NCBI RefSeq assembly: GCF_004010195.1
Contig: NC_057719.1
Coordinates: forward strand, 50,705,008 to 50,769,007
Direction of reading: 5' to 3'
From: Chiloscyllium plagiosum
Lineage: Eukaryota
DNA: 64,000 nucleotides
Of the stretch, positions 11,851 to 25,429 are shown in pieces (positions within the stretch are counted from its first letter, which is position 1; each line of letters opens with the position of its first letter). The position numbers and the translations under genes were made by a program. The notes beneath the pieces were generated by a model that ran no database searches, was not told the origin of the DNA, and was given only the letters and a program-made list of their open reading frames with translations.

Positions 11851-14780
11851 TTAAACTAGTTAAAAGAGGGCAGACTCAGGTGAGGTTATTAAAGTTTCCA
11901 AAACAAGTAATAGGGTACAGAATGTGGTAAGGATTAGGAATCTAACTTCAGGCATAGCATCTAAACGGACAATAATGAGAAGGGGAGCAGTTAACGCAGG
12001 AGGGTATTGTGCTAAAGTTACACAAACTAAATGAGCTTGTGGCACAGATTGAAATTGGCAGGTATGATGTTAGGCTTCACAGAGATGCAGGTGCAAGAGA
12101 ATCCAGGCTGGGAACTAAATGTCCAAGCAAAAGGACAGGCAGATGGGCAGAGGGGCGGGGTTGCCTTGTTCATCAGAAGTGAAACTAGATTGATAGCAAG
12201 AAGTGTTGTATGTTTGGAAGGTGTGGAATCTGCCTGGGTAAAGTTGAGGAACCACAAAAGGAAAAAGACCCTGATGAGAGTTAGGTACAGGCCTCCTAGC
12301 AGTCGCCAGGACATGGGCCAGAAAATAAATCAGGAAATAGAAAAGACATAAAAAAGGCATTATTGCAATAGTCATAAAGAACATCAATATATCGGGGAAC
12401 TGGGAAAATCAGGTGCATAACAGATCTCAAGAAAAGAAATTTGTGGAATATCTGTGAGATGGATTTTTGAAGTATCTTGTGATAGACCTCACTTGGGAAC
12501 AGGCAATTTTGGCTTTGGTAATGTATAATGAGTAGACTTGATTAGGGAGCTGAAGGTGAATGAACCCCTCGGGGTCAATGATCATTATATGATAGAATTC
12601 AGCCTGCAGTTTGAGAGTGAGATGCTGGAATCAGATGTTACAGTATTATTATTGAGTAAAAGTTGCTACAAGGATATAAGGGAAGCTCTGGCCAGAGCTG
12701 ATTAGAAGGGGAGCATAGCAGGCAGATGATGAGCAACAATGGTTGGATTTCTGTGGGTAATTCGGGAGACACAGCATCCCAAGGAACTAGAAACATTCTG
12801 AGGGGCGGATGAGGCAACCGTGGCTGACAAAAGAAGACAGGGACAGCATAAAAGCAAAGGAAAAAGCATACAATGTGGTGAAGATTAGTAAGAAACCAGA
12901 GGTTTGGGAAGTCTTTAAAAACCTGCAGAGAACAACGAAGAGAGCAATAAGGGGAGAGAAGATCAATTATGAGAACAAGCTCGCTAGTAATATTAAAAAT
13001 TTGCAAGTATTTTTTAGATATCTAAAAGGTAAGAGAGGCAAGAGCAGATATTGAACTGCTGACAAATGAGGCTGGAGAGGTAGCAATAAGGAACAAAGAA
13101 ATGATGGAGGAGCTGAATAGGTACTATTCACCAGTCTTCATGATGGAAAGCACCAGCAGCATATGAGAACATCAAGAGAGTCAGGGACAGAGTTGAGTGT
13201 AGTGGCCATCACTAAGGAGAAGGTGCTGGGGATGTTGAATGGTCTAAAGTTGGATAAATCACCAGAGCAGATGGACTGAAAGAGTTAGCTGATGAGATTG
13301 TGGAGGTGTTGGTGGTGATCTTTCGGGAATCACTGGAACCAGGGAGAGTCCCAGAGGATGGGGAAATGGTTAATGCAACACCCCTGTTTAAGAAGAGAGG
13401 GAGTAGAAGATGAGAAATTATAGGCTGGTTAACCTGACCTTGGTTGTTGGTAGAATCCATTATTCAGGATGAGGTTGCAGAGTACTTGGAAGCACATGGT
13501 GAAATAGAGTACGACTTTGTCAAGGGGAGGTCATGCCTGACAAATCTGTTAGAATTGTTCGAGGAGGTAATAAGCAAGTTAGACAAACTATTTAGTTTTC
13601 CAGAAAGACTTTGACAAGGTCTCCCTTCAGGAGACTGCTAATTTAGAGCCCCTGGTGTTAGGGTCAAGGTACTGGCATGGATAAAGGATAGTCTGACTTG
13701 CAGAAGGCCTGAAGATGGGGATAAAGGCATCATTTCAGGATGGCAGCTGATAATTAGTAGTCAGTGCTGGAGTGGCAACTATTCATATTATATGTCAGTG
13801 CCCCAGATAGAGGAACTGGAGGCTTTGTGGCTAAGTTTTCAGATCACACAAAGATGAGAGGAGGGATAGGCAGTGCTGAGGAAGTGGAGAGGCTGTAGAA
13901 GGACTTGGACAAGGAGAATGGGCAGAGAAGTGGCAGATTGAATACAAAAATATTGAAAAGTGTGGGATTATGCACTTTGGTAGGAAGAACAGAGATGTAG
14001 ACTATTGTTTAAATGGACAAAAGTGAGGACTGCAGATGCTGGAAATCAAAGTCTAGATTAGAGTGGTGCTGGAAAAGCACTGCAGGTCAGGCAACATCCG
14101 AGGAGCAGGAAAATTGACTTTTCAGGCAAAAGCCTTTGTAATTTGAAGTACGAAGGGGCAAGGGAGTCCTATTTCAGGATTCTCTTAAGGTTAACATGCA
14201 GGTACAGTTGATAGTTGGGAAGGCAACTGCAATGTTTGCATTAATTTCCAGGGGCCTAGAATACTAGAGTAGGGATGTACTGCTCAAACTGCATTTGGAA
14301 TATTGTGAGCAGTGTTGGGCCCCATATTTTAGAGAGAATGTGCTGGCCTTGGAGGATGTCTATAGGAGGCTCACAAGAATTATCCCAGGGATGAAGGGTT
14401 TGTCATATGAGGAGTGTACTCGATGGAATTTGAAGGAAGAAGGATGAAACTTACAGAATATTGAAAGGACTGGGTAGAGTGGATGTGGAGAAGACTCGAG
14501 AGCATCGCCTCAGAGTGAAGTGATGACTCTTTAGAAGTGAAATGAGGAGGAATGTCTTTAAACAGAGGGTGGTGAATCTGGAATTTCTGCAGAAGGCTGT
14601 GGATGCCAAGTCATTGACTGTCTTTTAGACAGCAATATGTTTTTGATTAATAAGAGAATCAAGGATTACAGGAGAACTTAGGAGAAAGATTTCTCAACCC
14701 CAATCAGCCATGATCAAATGGCAGAGCAGACTCGATGGGCCGGATTGCCTAATTCTGCTCCTATATCTTGTGGTCTTATG
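11850..14780 (+). mobile_element. Decayed near-complete CR1 ORF2 (APE endonuclease plus RT) with 3' tail; PLE fragment inserted at about 14020-14135
   Basis: RGGVALFI, ESAWVKL, YRPPSS, QPWLT, YENKLASNIK, and RT-like text through to a tcttgtggtcttatg tail. Confidence 0.85.
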
Positions 14781-14789
14781 ATGAAGCAG

Positions 14790-15540
14790 CTGACTATCGT
14801 TGAGCCAATGACATTACTCTGAAGAGCTCCTTCAGTAAAGTCCTGGAGCTCAGATGGTCAACCTGCAACAACTGCAACCATTTTCTTTTGTGCTGGATAT
14901 GACTCCAAACAGCAGTGAATTTCACCCCAATACCCATTGACTCTAGGTTTGCACAGGCTCTTAGATATGACAGTCACTCAGATGCAGCATTGATGTCGAG
15001 GACAATCACTCACATCTCAAATCTGGACTTTAGCTGTTTTGTCCATATGAGCACTAAGGCTGTATAATGATAGCAGGAGTTGAGTGATCTTGGTGGAGCC
15101 CAAACTGAGTGTCTTTGAACTGCCTATCACTTTGCGGATGATCATGAGTAGGCTGATGGGCTGGTATTGTTGGAATTAGATTTGTCTTGCATCTTACGTA
15201 CAAGACATACCTGGGCATTTTTCTACAATGGGGAGAAAGTGAGGTCTGCAGATGCTGGAGATCAGAGCTGGAAATGTGTTGCTGAAAAGCGCAGCAGGTC
15301 AGACAGCATCCAGGGAACAGGAGAATCGACGTTTCGGGCATAAGCCCACAATGCTGGATAAGTGCCAGCATTGTATTTGTACTGCAACAGCTTGGGCATG
15401 GCAGATACTGGAGTACATGTCATCAATGCTATTGCTGAAATATTATCAGGACCCATAACCTTAACAGTTCCTGTACTTTCAGCCATGTCTTGACTTCCTA
15501 TGGAGTGAACCCAATTGGCTGTGTACTGTCTTCATTGATG
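14790..15540 (-). mobile_element. CR1-like LINE family B fragment
   Basis: KVMGPDNISAIALMTC...LLQY.YN.G.YPALW on the minus strand. Confidence 0.65.
15231..15347 (-). mobile_element. Short Penelope family A end insertion with TSD
   Basis: Flanked by acaatg (15225-15230 and 15348-15353); terminates at hammerhead helix II (gggcataagccc). Confidence 0.85.
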
Positions 15541-15659
15541 CTCCTCCCTGGGGTGTCTTACAGGTGATTTTTCTTTCATGAGATCTGAGTGGGTGACACA
15601 CCTCTGCCTCTTCCTTGTGATCCTAATCATTGTAGATGCTTGAATTCAGCAAATTCTGT

Positions 15660-16850
15660 TTACTGTACACTTACTAAGAAATGGCTGAAGGCATTGACTA
15701 CAACAAAGACAATGGACCTTTTCAAAATCCTAGATGGTAGTGATGAGTTGCGCTGTAATAATAGCTAAACTGCTCCAGTAGTGCTACTTTGACACCTGTG
15801 CAACAATGTGGAAAATTGCCCAAGTGTGTCCTGTCCATGAAATAAACGGGATGAGTCTAATCTGACAAATTACTGCTCTGTGAGTCTGCTGTCAGTCATC
15901 AACAAAATGATAGGTGGTGACATCGACAGTACTGTCAAGCTGGACTTTTCCAGTAGCAACCTGCTCACCATCACTCAGTTTGGATTCCATTAGGCTACTC
16001 AGCTGCAGACCTCATTTATAGACTTGATCTAAACATGGATAAGGGAACCTAATTCTGGAGCTGATGTGCATGTGATGGCTCCTGATATCAAGGCAGCATT
16101 TAACCAAGTACAGCATCAAGGAAACTTTATATCATTAAAATCAATGGGAATCAGGCCACTCATCTCAACCTCAGGACATTACTGTAGGAATTCCTAAGAA
16201 CAGTGTTCTCTCAACGACCATAGCTGCTTCATCAATAACAATCTTCCATCATAATGTAAGAAGTAGGTTTGTTAACTAATAATTGCTTGGAATTCAATTC
16301 CATTTATAGCTCCTCAGATAATGAAATTGTCCATGACTGTGGTGCAGTAAGTCTTCAGGCTTGGGATCATAAGTGACTGTGCTCCAAAAGTTCCAGTGAA
16401 TGGCTATCTCCAGCAAGACAGCATTTAACTTTGCACACCTGACCATTGCCAAATCCAACATCAATCTACAACCTGGGGCCATGATTAATCTGAAACCTAA
16501 CAACAGCCACATAAATACTGTGGCTACAGAGCAGGTCAGAAGCCACGTATTCTGTTGTGAGTGTCTCCCGTTTTGACTTGCAGAAAGCCTATCAAGTCTG
16601 AAATGTGATGAAGTAGTAACTGTTGAACGTGAAGAATGTAAATCTCCAACCCTCAAACAGGATCAGTGCCATCTCGGAAAGAGCAGTCCCTTGACTGGCA
16701 TGCAAAGCAGCACTTTAAACAGTTCCTCATTCTACCATAATGGTAGCAGTGTACCATCTACATGATGCACTGCAGCAACCCACCAAGGCTTCGACAACAG
16801 CACCTCACAAACCCATTGCATCTATCAACTAGAAATAACAAAGGTGATGG
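15660..16850 (+). mobile_element. CR1-like LINE family B RT fragment
   Basis: WKIAQVCPVH..., QFGF.., DIKAAF-like segments with stops. Confidence 0.7.
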
Positions 16851-17640
16851 ACAGTGACCAAGGGTTACCAGCTACATAAGAAAACAACATCCACGTATTA
16901 CAGATGTGCATTAAGTTAAAAATAATACTGAGAACTCTTATTTTTTTCAGAAGTCTTAGTATAAAATGTTGGAAATGTAGGGCCATTAAGCTGACTCATT
17001 TGGGTGACTGTACATTCTTCTATTAAAACTCAGGTTATTTCAAGTACATAAATTCCTCAGAGACTATCTGAGTTGAAAATTTAAAGCACAAAAGGATGAT
17101 TTTGCCAAATGGTGTGACCTCAATCTTGTTAAAATTATTTTCTAATTAGAATGGCATTTCTGTGCTGTTCAAAAAATCAGAGTCACTAAAATTTACATTA
17201 CATTTTTAAAGGAATGTTTCACATTCCATAATAGTGGAATATAAAGTGGTGTTTTTTCAGCTTTAAACTAATCCCAGCCATTCAAGAGTTCAGTCGCATG
17301 ACAACCAAATGTTCCTCAAGGTACGACTGTTTTTGTTTATCTTTCAAAACTGAAGGCTGAAATATTTGTAACCTCCTTCAGCAAGAAGTGTTAAATGGAT
17401 GATCCATGTCTGCCATCTCCTGAGGAGCCCAGCATCACGGATGCATGTTTTCGAACAATTGAGTCACTTCATATGATTTCAAAGAATGGCTGAATACACT
17501 GGAAACTGCAAAGGCCGTGGGCCCTGGTAGTTGTACTACAGGTTTCTGCACCAGAACTAGCTGAGCCCCTCGCCGGTTCCAGTGCAGTTATAGGACTGGT
17601 TTTAACTGATAATGTCACAAATTGTCCAAATATGTCTTCG

Positions 17641-18170
17641 CAGGACTTATACACTTAATGGTAAGGTCCTAGGGAGTGTTGCTGAACAAAGAGACCTTGG
17701 AGTGCAGGTTCGTAGCTCCTTGAAAGTGGAGTCGCAGGTAGATAGAATAGTGAAGAAGGCGTTTGGTATGCTTTCCTTTATTGGTCAGAGTATTGAGTAC
17801 AGGAGTTGGGAGGTCATGTTGCAGCTGTACAGGACATTGGTTAGACCACTGTTGGAATATTGCGTGCAATTCTGGTCTCCTTNNNNNNNNNNNNNNNNNN
17901 NNNNNNNNNNNNNNNNNNNNNNNNNNNNNNNNNNNNNNNNNNNNNNNNNNNNNNNNNNNNNNNNNNNNNNNNNNNNNNNNNNNNNNNNNNNNNNNNNNNN
18001 NNNNNNNNNNNNNNNNAAGAGACATTTGGATGGGTATATGAATAGGAAGGGTTTGGAGGGATATGGGCCGAGTGCTGGCAGGTGGGACTAGATTGGGTTG
18101 GGATATCTGGTCGGCATGGACAGGTTGGACCGAAGGTTCTGTTTCCATGCTGTACATCTCTATGACTCTA
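17641..18170 (+). mobile_element. Young CR1 (HER1-like) 3' fragment spanning an assembly gap
   Basis: YTLNGKVLGSVAEQRDLGV...LYRTLVRPLLEYCVQFWSP, KRHLDGYMN; stop-free either side of Ns at 17883-18016. Confidence 0.9.
17883..18016. other. Assembly gap (N run)
   Basis: Run of N inside a young CR1. Confidence 1.
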
Positions 18171-21099
18171 TATATAAAAAAGGACAAATCCAAACTGGAC
18201 AGTTATCAGCTCATTAATTAATTGTCAATCATCGGCATTGTGCTGGAAGGTGTCATTGACATACTATCAAGTGGCACTCACTCAGCAATACCTGGCTCAC
18301 TGACATTCAATTTGGGTACCACCAGAGTCACTTAACTCCTGACCTCATTACAGCCCTGGTACAAACATGGGCAAAAAAGCCGAACTCAAGATGTGTTGTA
18401 AAAGTAACTGCCCTTGATATCAAATCAACATTTGACTACGTGGAATACCTGGGAGTCCAAGCAAAATGGGAGTCAATGAGGATTGGGGAAAACTCTCCAC
18501 CAGTTGGTCATACCTCCCAGATGAAGATGCTATGGCTGTTGGAGGCTTATCTTCTCATTCCTAGTATATCACTGCAGCAGTTACTTGGTGTATTGTCCTC
18601 AGTCCAACCATTATCATTGCTGAATACCCCACTATCATAATCCAGGCAGTACTGACCAGAAATCTGAGAATGCAACTAAACTCCATAGACAGCAGTGTTT
18701 TAAAAAATACAGCTCACCATTGCCTTCTCAAGAGCATTTGGGGTGGGCAACAGATGCTGGGCTAGCTAGTGACACCCACATCCCGTGAAAGAAAAAAAAA
18801 GTGATTATCATAATTATTTTATAGCTGAAGTAGAATTGTTAATTTCAATTAAATAAAAGTAAAGCTTTTCATAAAATCTGTTGAGTATTTCGCACTCTGC
18901 ACGCTGCCATAAGCATGATTTTTCCCACATTACTATAAGATGTCATCCAGTATAAGCTAGGAATTGTCAATAACATTAATATTCTGGATTAGAGTTTACC
19001 AATTTAAGTACTTTCTGGTGGATGTTCATAATAGTATTGGCAGAGGCCATTCTCTATAATACAGTTTCTGGATAAAGTGAAAAACTTGATACTATTATCT
19101 TAATTGCAATATAGTTTATTATTGATGGAATACAAAATTAAGGATCATAATTGATTTAACAAAAATCCTCAATCAACAATTTTATACTGAAAGTTGTCGA
19201 TTCATTACTTCACTTTCTTAAAAATTTTAATCTCTCTTAATTGCACGTGTACCAGGTGGGACAGCATTAGATTTTGGGGTGAAATCTTTTTTTAAAATAT
19301 AAATTACAATGTCTGACATGATGTAATTTCCTGTGGTATTGCATTTTTATGGAGCATGCCGTCCTCAGAGACTGCTTTTAGAACAGATGCATCACCAACT
19401 AGGTTGAGTCAGAAGACTAAGCCATCAAGCAATGCACACAAAGAACAGGAAAATATCTAGTACAGTGCATAATATGACCTAAACTGGATCCAGTGCTTAG
19501 CATGAATAATAATGATAATTAGAGCATTAAGGCTGCATGCTTAGTTGAACAACCTACCTGGCAATTTTTCAGATCTGTCGAAGAAACCATTACTGGTTTT
19601 TGTCTGGTCTGATGCTGGAGTTCAAATACATTCCTGAGAAAACATGTATGACTTGAGGCTGCCAAAAATAGATCAAAGATTTATTGTACTGTACAAAGTA
19701 CTGTAACCTTAATTTTTTACCCAAGCCGGGAAAATAAGATAATATATTTTTCTTTTGTTCAGACTAGTTAATTCGCATGCTTATACAGTTTTTCAAATAG
19801 GTCACTTTGACTTGCAACAATATATTTATATAAACTTTGTTATTAGCTTCATCTGAAAGTCTATCAGATTTTCCTTTGTATTGTAGTTGTGCTGATGCCA
19901 ATATTCCTGTTAGTATACATATATATTCATGCTGGCTTCCAGAAATCCTGAAGTTAATAATTGACGTGACAAGCTTACTTTTTAAAAATTAGCCTTACTA
20001 AGCTGTGCTACTTATTTCGGAGAGTATCAAGCCACATTTCTGCAATTTTAGTTAGTTCCATGAAGGATCGCATTGGGGAAAAAATTATGATGTTATCAGA
20101 AATTCTATTTAAACTTCCTAACATGTGGTTTGTTCTGTGGACGGCTGATAACAGCTCCCCAGAGAAAAGAGTCTGTGGAATTGCACACATTTTGATCCAC
20201 ACTCAGTAGTCGGATTTCACTGCTTTAAATTATCAAGTAAATTCACTGATATTAACAAGTGAATGAGGTCAAATGCCAGATCAGAACTCTGATGCTAAAA
20301 TAATATTTGGGAATGGTAATCCTGAGACAAATGACTTGTCTGGGTTTAGTGAGATGATGACTGGGTCAGAGGCACCACTGTATTGTGAAACAAGAACCTA
20401 CATCCGGAACAGATGCTTTGCCAAATATGCTTGCTGAGCCAGACAGGGCCAGTATGCAGTCTTTCATCTGTTTATTACTATTTGACCAATCAGAATCCTG
20501 CAGCCCATTAAGTGGAGACTAGAAAAGATGACTGTGGAATTCAGTTCAACAGTTAAAAGTAAAACATAATTATGTGGGACAATGACCTGCTATCTTTTCC
20601 AAATTTCTCTTGGAATGACCTGTTCAGTCAGAAAATTCAAAAATACATTTCCCTCATCTTTGTTGCTCGACATATCTGAATTCGCTCAGTTCCACTGTAA
20701 TCTAGCAATTTACTGAGTACAGTAACATGTGGAAATAATTTAGCTTGATTCCGTTTTCTGAAATTTGAAAATTACAGTGGTTGAATAAATATATCCTCTG
20801 GTTTGTGCATTTCGACAAAAACACAACTGTCCATCATTTCTATTTTGAAATTGTCATTGATAACCTGCAGTTCTGTAAAACTCTATTGTAAATAGTAATT
20901 ATTTTGCTGTATGTTGCTCTATAACATTTTCATGAGATATGACTTGTGTGGAAGATGTATGCAATTACTAAAATGCAGTGTTGACTTGTGGATTGAGGAA
21001 AAAAAATGCAAGGAAAATATAGGAAATATTATACAGCTACCAATTAAAAATAATTTGATTTGTCCAACTGCCATTGTGAAAGGAAGAATGATATATCAT

Positions 21100-21490
21100 C
21101 TTTTGCTTTCTTGAAGCTTTCCAAACATTTCATAGCCAATGAATTTCTGTAACTTTTTAAAGGTAAGGACATGTGGCAGTCAATTTGTGCATAGCAAGAT
21201 TCTGTAAATGGCAATGAGATAAATTACTGAACAATCTGCTTTGGTTTCAGCATCAAAATTAATCGGGACAACAAAAGAAATTTGCCCACCCTTCTGCCTA
21301 ATGCCCTCAAGAAATTTTTCATTCCTGAAGAAGTAGATAAGATATATCATCTGAAAAATAGCATTTCTGACCGCACATGTTGCTAAATACTGCATTAGAA
21401 TATTGGCTAAATTAGGCATCCAAGTCTGTGAAATGGAGCTTGAACCCTCAACCATCCACCTCGGAGATGAAGCAACTGGTACACAAAGCT
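21100..21490 (-). mobile_element. Ancient Deu-domain SINE (SacSINE1/AmnSINE1-like)
   Basis: Plus-strand text catagccaatgaa, gtggcagtcaatttgtgcatagcaagat and tcatctgaaaaatagca, with reverse B-box gagcttgaaccc. Confidence 0.6.
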
Positions 21491-21844
21491 AATTTGGAAC
21501 AATGTGCTACTCTCAATTCTGTTCTTGTACAGTTACATTCAGTGTAGAATTGCTATTTAATGTATCATGCTATCTACAAAGGGAAGTTGTTCAAAACACC
21601 CTTTCTGCTTTGAAATTCCAAATGATTTTCAAAGGTTACAATTGCTTCAGTAGTAATTGTGCTCAGAATTGAAATTCTGAAATACAATTCAGTTTGTGAG
21701 AAGAAATCATTAAATGGCAATTTATAATATTGTGAGAAAATAATCACTATTATCTTCATATATATTCAAATTATGATTTTTACGGACTGATACATTAAAC
21801 AAAAATGATATAAAAGATTAGTAATTAAATGAATTATATTTCAG

Positions 21845-21917
21845 TGATGCAGCTGAGAAGATTCGAATTGGGAAGACTGTTGATGCCTGGATCACTATTA
21901 TTAATCAGGACATACAG
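21845..21917 (+). CDS. KIAA0586: TALPID3 (KIAA0586) internal coding exon, conserved coiled-coil region
   Basis: Acceptor tttcag|T, donor CAG|gtatgc. Encodes (x)DAAEKIRIGKTVDAWITIINQDIQ, resembling the remembered vertebrate TALPID3 motif [21 protein letters not shown]. Ends in phase 0, matching the next exon. Too short for the ORF track. Confidence 0.9.
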
Positions 21918-22384
21918 GTATGCCTAAAGAAATTGTTGTCAATCTTCTGTAATTAACAGATTTTAATTCTCTGATAATTAAGTCTTTGTTTTGATGTAAC
22001 ATTTTAAAGTTAATTATTGTTGGTCTTCAAAGTATTTTTTCAAAAACATTTGGAGAGTCCATGTGAAAGAATTTTCAGCTTTATAATTAATGATTATATG
22101 ATGCTACATACATTCTCCTTTTACTTGGCATAGACATAACCCAGCAATGACATGTAAACAGTGGTGTTTCATAACTGGGTAAAGTATAATAATAAATATT
22201 TCTTGCAATGATTATTAACCTAATCAAAATGAGTTTGGAACATAGGATTATTAGAGGTCTAATTTTTAGGCACTATTTGACAATTTTTGCACTGGTACTA
22301 AAGATCTAAACTGTGCTAGCCTACTTCATAAATGTGAATGCTCTCAGACCACAAAAAGATAGTTGTTTAACTGCCAGAAGACTA

Positions 22385-22530
22385 TAGAGCTTCGCTGGCA
22401 TTATAGAAAGATGACTGGTGGTGGTTTAACCTGAGGACCACCATGCCTCAGGTGAGGGGAGAGGTTGAGAAGGAGAGTCCTTCATGGTAACCTCAGCCAG
22501 TGCAGGAACTGAACCCTCGCTGTTGGCATC
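22385..22530 (-). mobile_element. tRNA-derived SINE fragment
   Basis: Reverse B-box (ggaactgaaccc) and internal hairpin acctgagg..cctcaggt; related to 31490-31680. Confidence 0.5.
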
Positions 22531-22599
22531 CTAGATCACTATAAAAGTTGTCTGGAGAGAACATAGTACACCGGATACCACACAATATTTTTGAGTGCC

Positions 22600-23430
22600 T
22601 GTAAATAGAGAGAGAGTAATGTTGAATGAGACCTGGGTGTCCTCATGCACCAGTCACTGAAAATAAGTGCAGGTACAGTAGGCAGTGAAAAGGCTTATGC
22701 CCGAAACGTCGATTCTCCTGTTCCTTGGATGCTGCCTGACCTGCTGCGCTTTTCCAGCAACACATTTTCAGCTCTGAGCTCCAGCATCTGCAGCCCTCAT
22801 TTCTCCACAGTAGGCAGTGAAAAAGGTAAACTGCATGTTGGATTCAAGGATTTGAGTACAAGAACTAGGAAGTCTTGCTGCAATTATATAAGGCATTGTT
22901 GAGGCCACATGTGGAATATTGTGTGAAGTTTTGACCTCCTTATCTGAGGAAGGAAGTTCTTCTTACAGAGGAAGTGCAATGAAGGTTTGTCAAATTGATT
23001 CCTGGGATGATGGGACTGATATATGAGGGGAGATTGAATTGTTGAGGATTGAATTTGCTGGAGTTTAGAATAATGAAAGAGGATCTCATAGAAGGTGATA
23101 AAATTCTAACAGGGCTTACACAGTTTAGATACAAGAAGGATGATCCTGACAGTGGGGGATCCAGAACCAGGGGTCATAAACCTTCTAGGACTGAGATGAA
23201 GAGCAATTTCTTCACCCGAGTGTATTGAACCTGTGGAATTCATTACCACAGAAACTGGTTGAGGCCAAAACTGTGTTTTCAAGAAAAGAGATTTAGCTAA
23301 AGGGATGAAGGGAGATGCAGGGGTGATTAGGTATTGACCTCAATGATCAGCCAAGATCATATTGAATGGCAGAGCAAGCTTGAGGGGGTTGAATGACTTA
23401 CTCCGACTCCTATCCTCCCTGTTTCTATGT
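22600..23430 (+). mobile_element. CR1 LINE 3' fragment
   Basis: DLGVLMHQSLK, LRPHVEYCVKF, LWNSLP, and tail. Confidence 0.85.
22692..22806 (+). mobile_element. Short Penelope family A end insertion with 17-bp TSD
   Basis: acagtaggcagtgaaaa at 22675-22691 and 22807-22823; begins in hammerhead helix II (ggcttatgcccgaaacgtc). Confidence 0.9.
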
Positions 23431-24509
23431 GTTATTGATAGTTAACTAAATCAACAAGAAAATTTGTATGTTACACGCATTAACTATTATAGTTTTTGTG
23501 TGAACAGCACTGAAGCACACAGCAAAACCAAAAGTAATTTTTCTGCAACATCCCCATAAAACTATCCTCACTATAATGTTAACATGACCTTTATTGTTTC
23601 AGCTGCTGATGAAATTGGTTTCATTTTAAAATTCCTGCATGTTGAGCTTTTGGGGTGCCTGTTGTGATGGATAGTAATAGCAGTTACTAACAGTAGTAAA
23701 TTTGTAGGAATGATTATCTCACCTGTATTTCTAATGTACGAAAATAACTGACCAACATAGATTCTCAGTATCTCTAACATCCCAGTTTTATTGATCTGTT
23801 TTGCATTTTGTGGAGTAATACCATGGTTTCCGTGGTAATGGGTGTTGAACAATCTAGCTGCCTATCGATATCCTTTTTGAGTGTACACTATGCAAGCATC
23901 TTTGATATTTTCAGCAATTTCATTAGCATTTATTTGAAACATTTCCTAGCAATGAAAGTGAAATTAACTGTATAGAATGTTAGCTAAATGCGATAATTCA
24001 TGTATGTGAAATAATATGTAGCAGTCAATAGCACTAGTATTTCAGAAATCATTTGAAGATGAGTTGTCAGTATTACCATTTGGTGCAAAGTGACAAAGAT
24101 AAGGTTAATGTTTAGAAATTTGATGGCACTGAATGGCTGCTTAGCCAGTCAATCTGGCAAATTGGAATTGAGATACATGAATGAGTTTTCCATTCAGAAC
24201 CTTATATTAGAACAGATTTCTTTGTAGACATCCAGATAGCAAAACATTGGATAACATTGGCTGATGTTTTCAAATGAGGGTCCTCCATTTGCTGAAGAAC
24301 TCTATTGTCAGATTGATTTCCTCCAGTGGCCAACTTGCCAAAAACTAGAATTAGTGGCATTATCTGACAGAATAGTTGCTGGTTTGACTTTTCAGGCTGA
24401 TACTTAATTACTTGATGCTATTGGCTTCTTGTATTACTCTGAAAAGTTAAGCTTAAAGAATTTTGCCTATCGTAAAATAAAAACAGGAAGTGCTGGAGAA
24501 ACCCAGGTA

Positions 24510-25320
24510 TTGTTACTGGAGTTTGTATTGAACTTCAAGATTGCGGTGGAATGTGATGCTTCAGCCAGAGCTCGTCTGGTCCATCCGTTTCTTTCTCTTT
24601 TTTCTTTTCTCTCTTTGTATCTCTTTTCTTCTTTCTTCTCCCGGCCTCAACTCAGTGAGGCAGCCTCCTGGCTCAGTGTGGGAGTCTTTTAGCAGCCCGG
24701 GACAGTATCCTGGTGGCCTGTGACGTTCTCTCAACCCAGTGTCTAAGGCAGCCAGCAGTGAGAGCAGGGCCCAGAATGTATCCAGCAATCGGAGACTGCA
24801 AGTGGATTCTGCAATCGGAGACTGTGAGTGGATCCTGCCCGGGCATGATCCAGAGGCAGGAGGAGATTGGAGACGGCAACTTCAATGGCAATGGCATCAA
24901 AGCCCAATCCAGGAAGAGTGAGTGGTGAGAGACGTCCCCTGGGTATCAGCGACAGCAGCAGAGAGAGCAGGCAGCTGAGGTCTCCTGGAAAGCAAGCTAA
25001 GTGGAGGAGATTGAGGACCCAGCCGAGCAAGCACTCATCAAAGACTGTTGAACTTTTAACTTTATTCCTTAATTTTTCTACTTTATATTAAGAAGGACTT
25101 TAATGGTAACTTATTCTTTTAGTTTTCTACTTATTTGATGAAGGGCTGTATTGCTTAATTTTTTAACTTTGTTTCTTTTATAATTTTGTAACTGAGTTTT
25201 TTTGTATCTAGGTATCTTTGTATTTAATGGCACCATATGTGGCGACATTAGACTATTTTCACTGCACCCCTGTCCTGTAACTGAGTACACATGAAAATAA
25301 AATCTAAATTTAAATTGTTG
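24510..25320 (+). mobile_element. Unclassified non-autonomous retroposon with Rex1-like 3' tail
   Basis: GC-rich core with internal duplication (gcaatcggagactg x2). Tail ttttcactg...tacacatgaaaataaaatctaaatttaaatt resembles the tail at about 26050-26100. Confidence 0.45.
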
Positions 25321-25429
25321 GAACACTGTAGCAAAACAAGGGAGGCAGAGCCTAACAAAAGATGCAGAATTTTTCCAGTGTTGCATTGTTTCTTGCTGCA
25401 TTCAAAACAATTTGACTGCAGTTATGGGT

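Larger units (their letters stand above)
17400..18800 (+). mobile_element. CR1-like LINE family B fragment with 3' tail, hosting a younger CR1
   Basis: RT-like text on both sides of 17641-18170; 3' tail gggcaacagatgctgggctagctagtgacacccacatcccgtgaaagaaaaaaaaa. Confidence 0.65.

Noticed and set aside
19355..19460. Short open frame MPSSETAFRTDASPTRLSQK... as the missing upstream TALPID3 exon
   Set aside because: Ends in a stop, has no convincing splice sites and lacks the expected LEENLEAIIRAKD-like motif.
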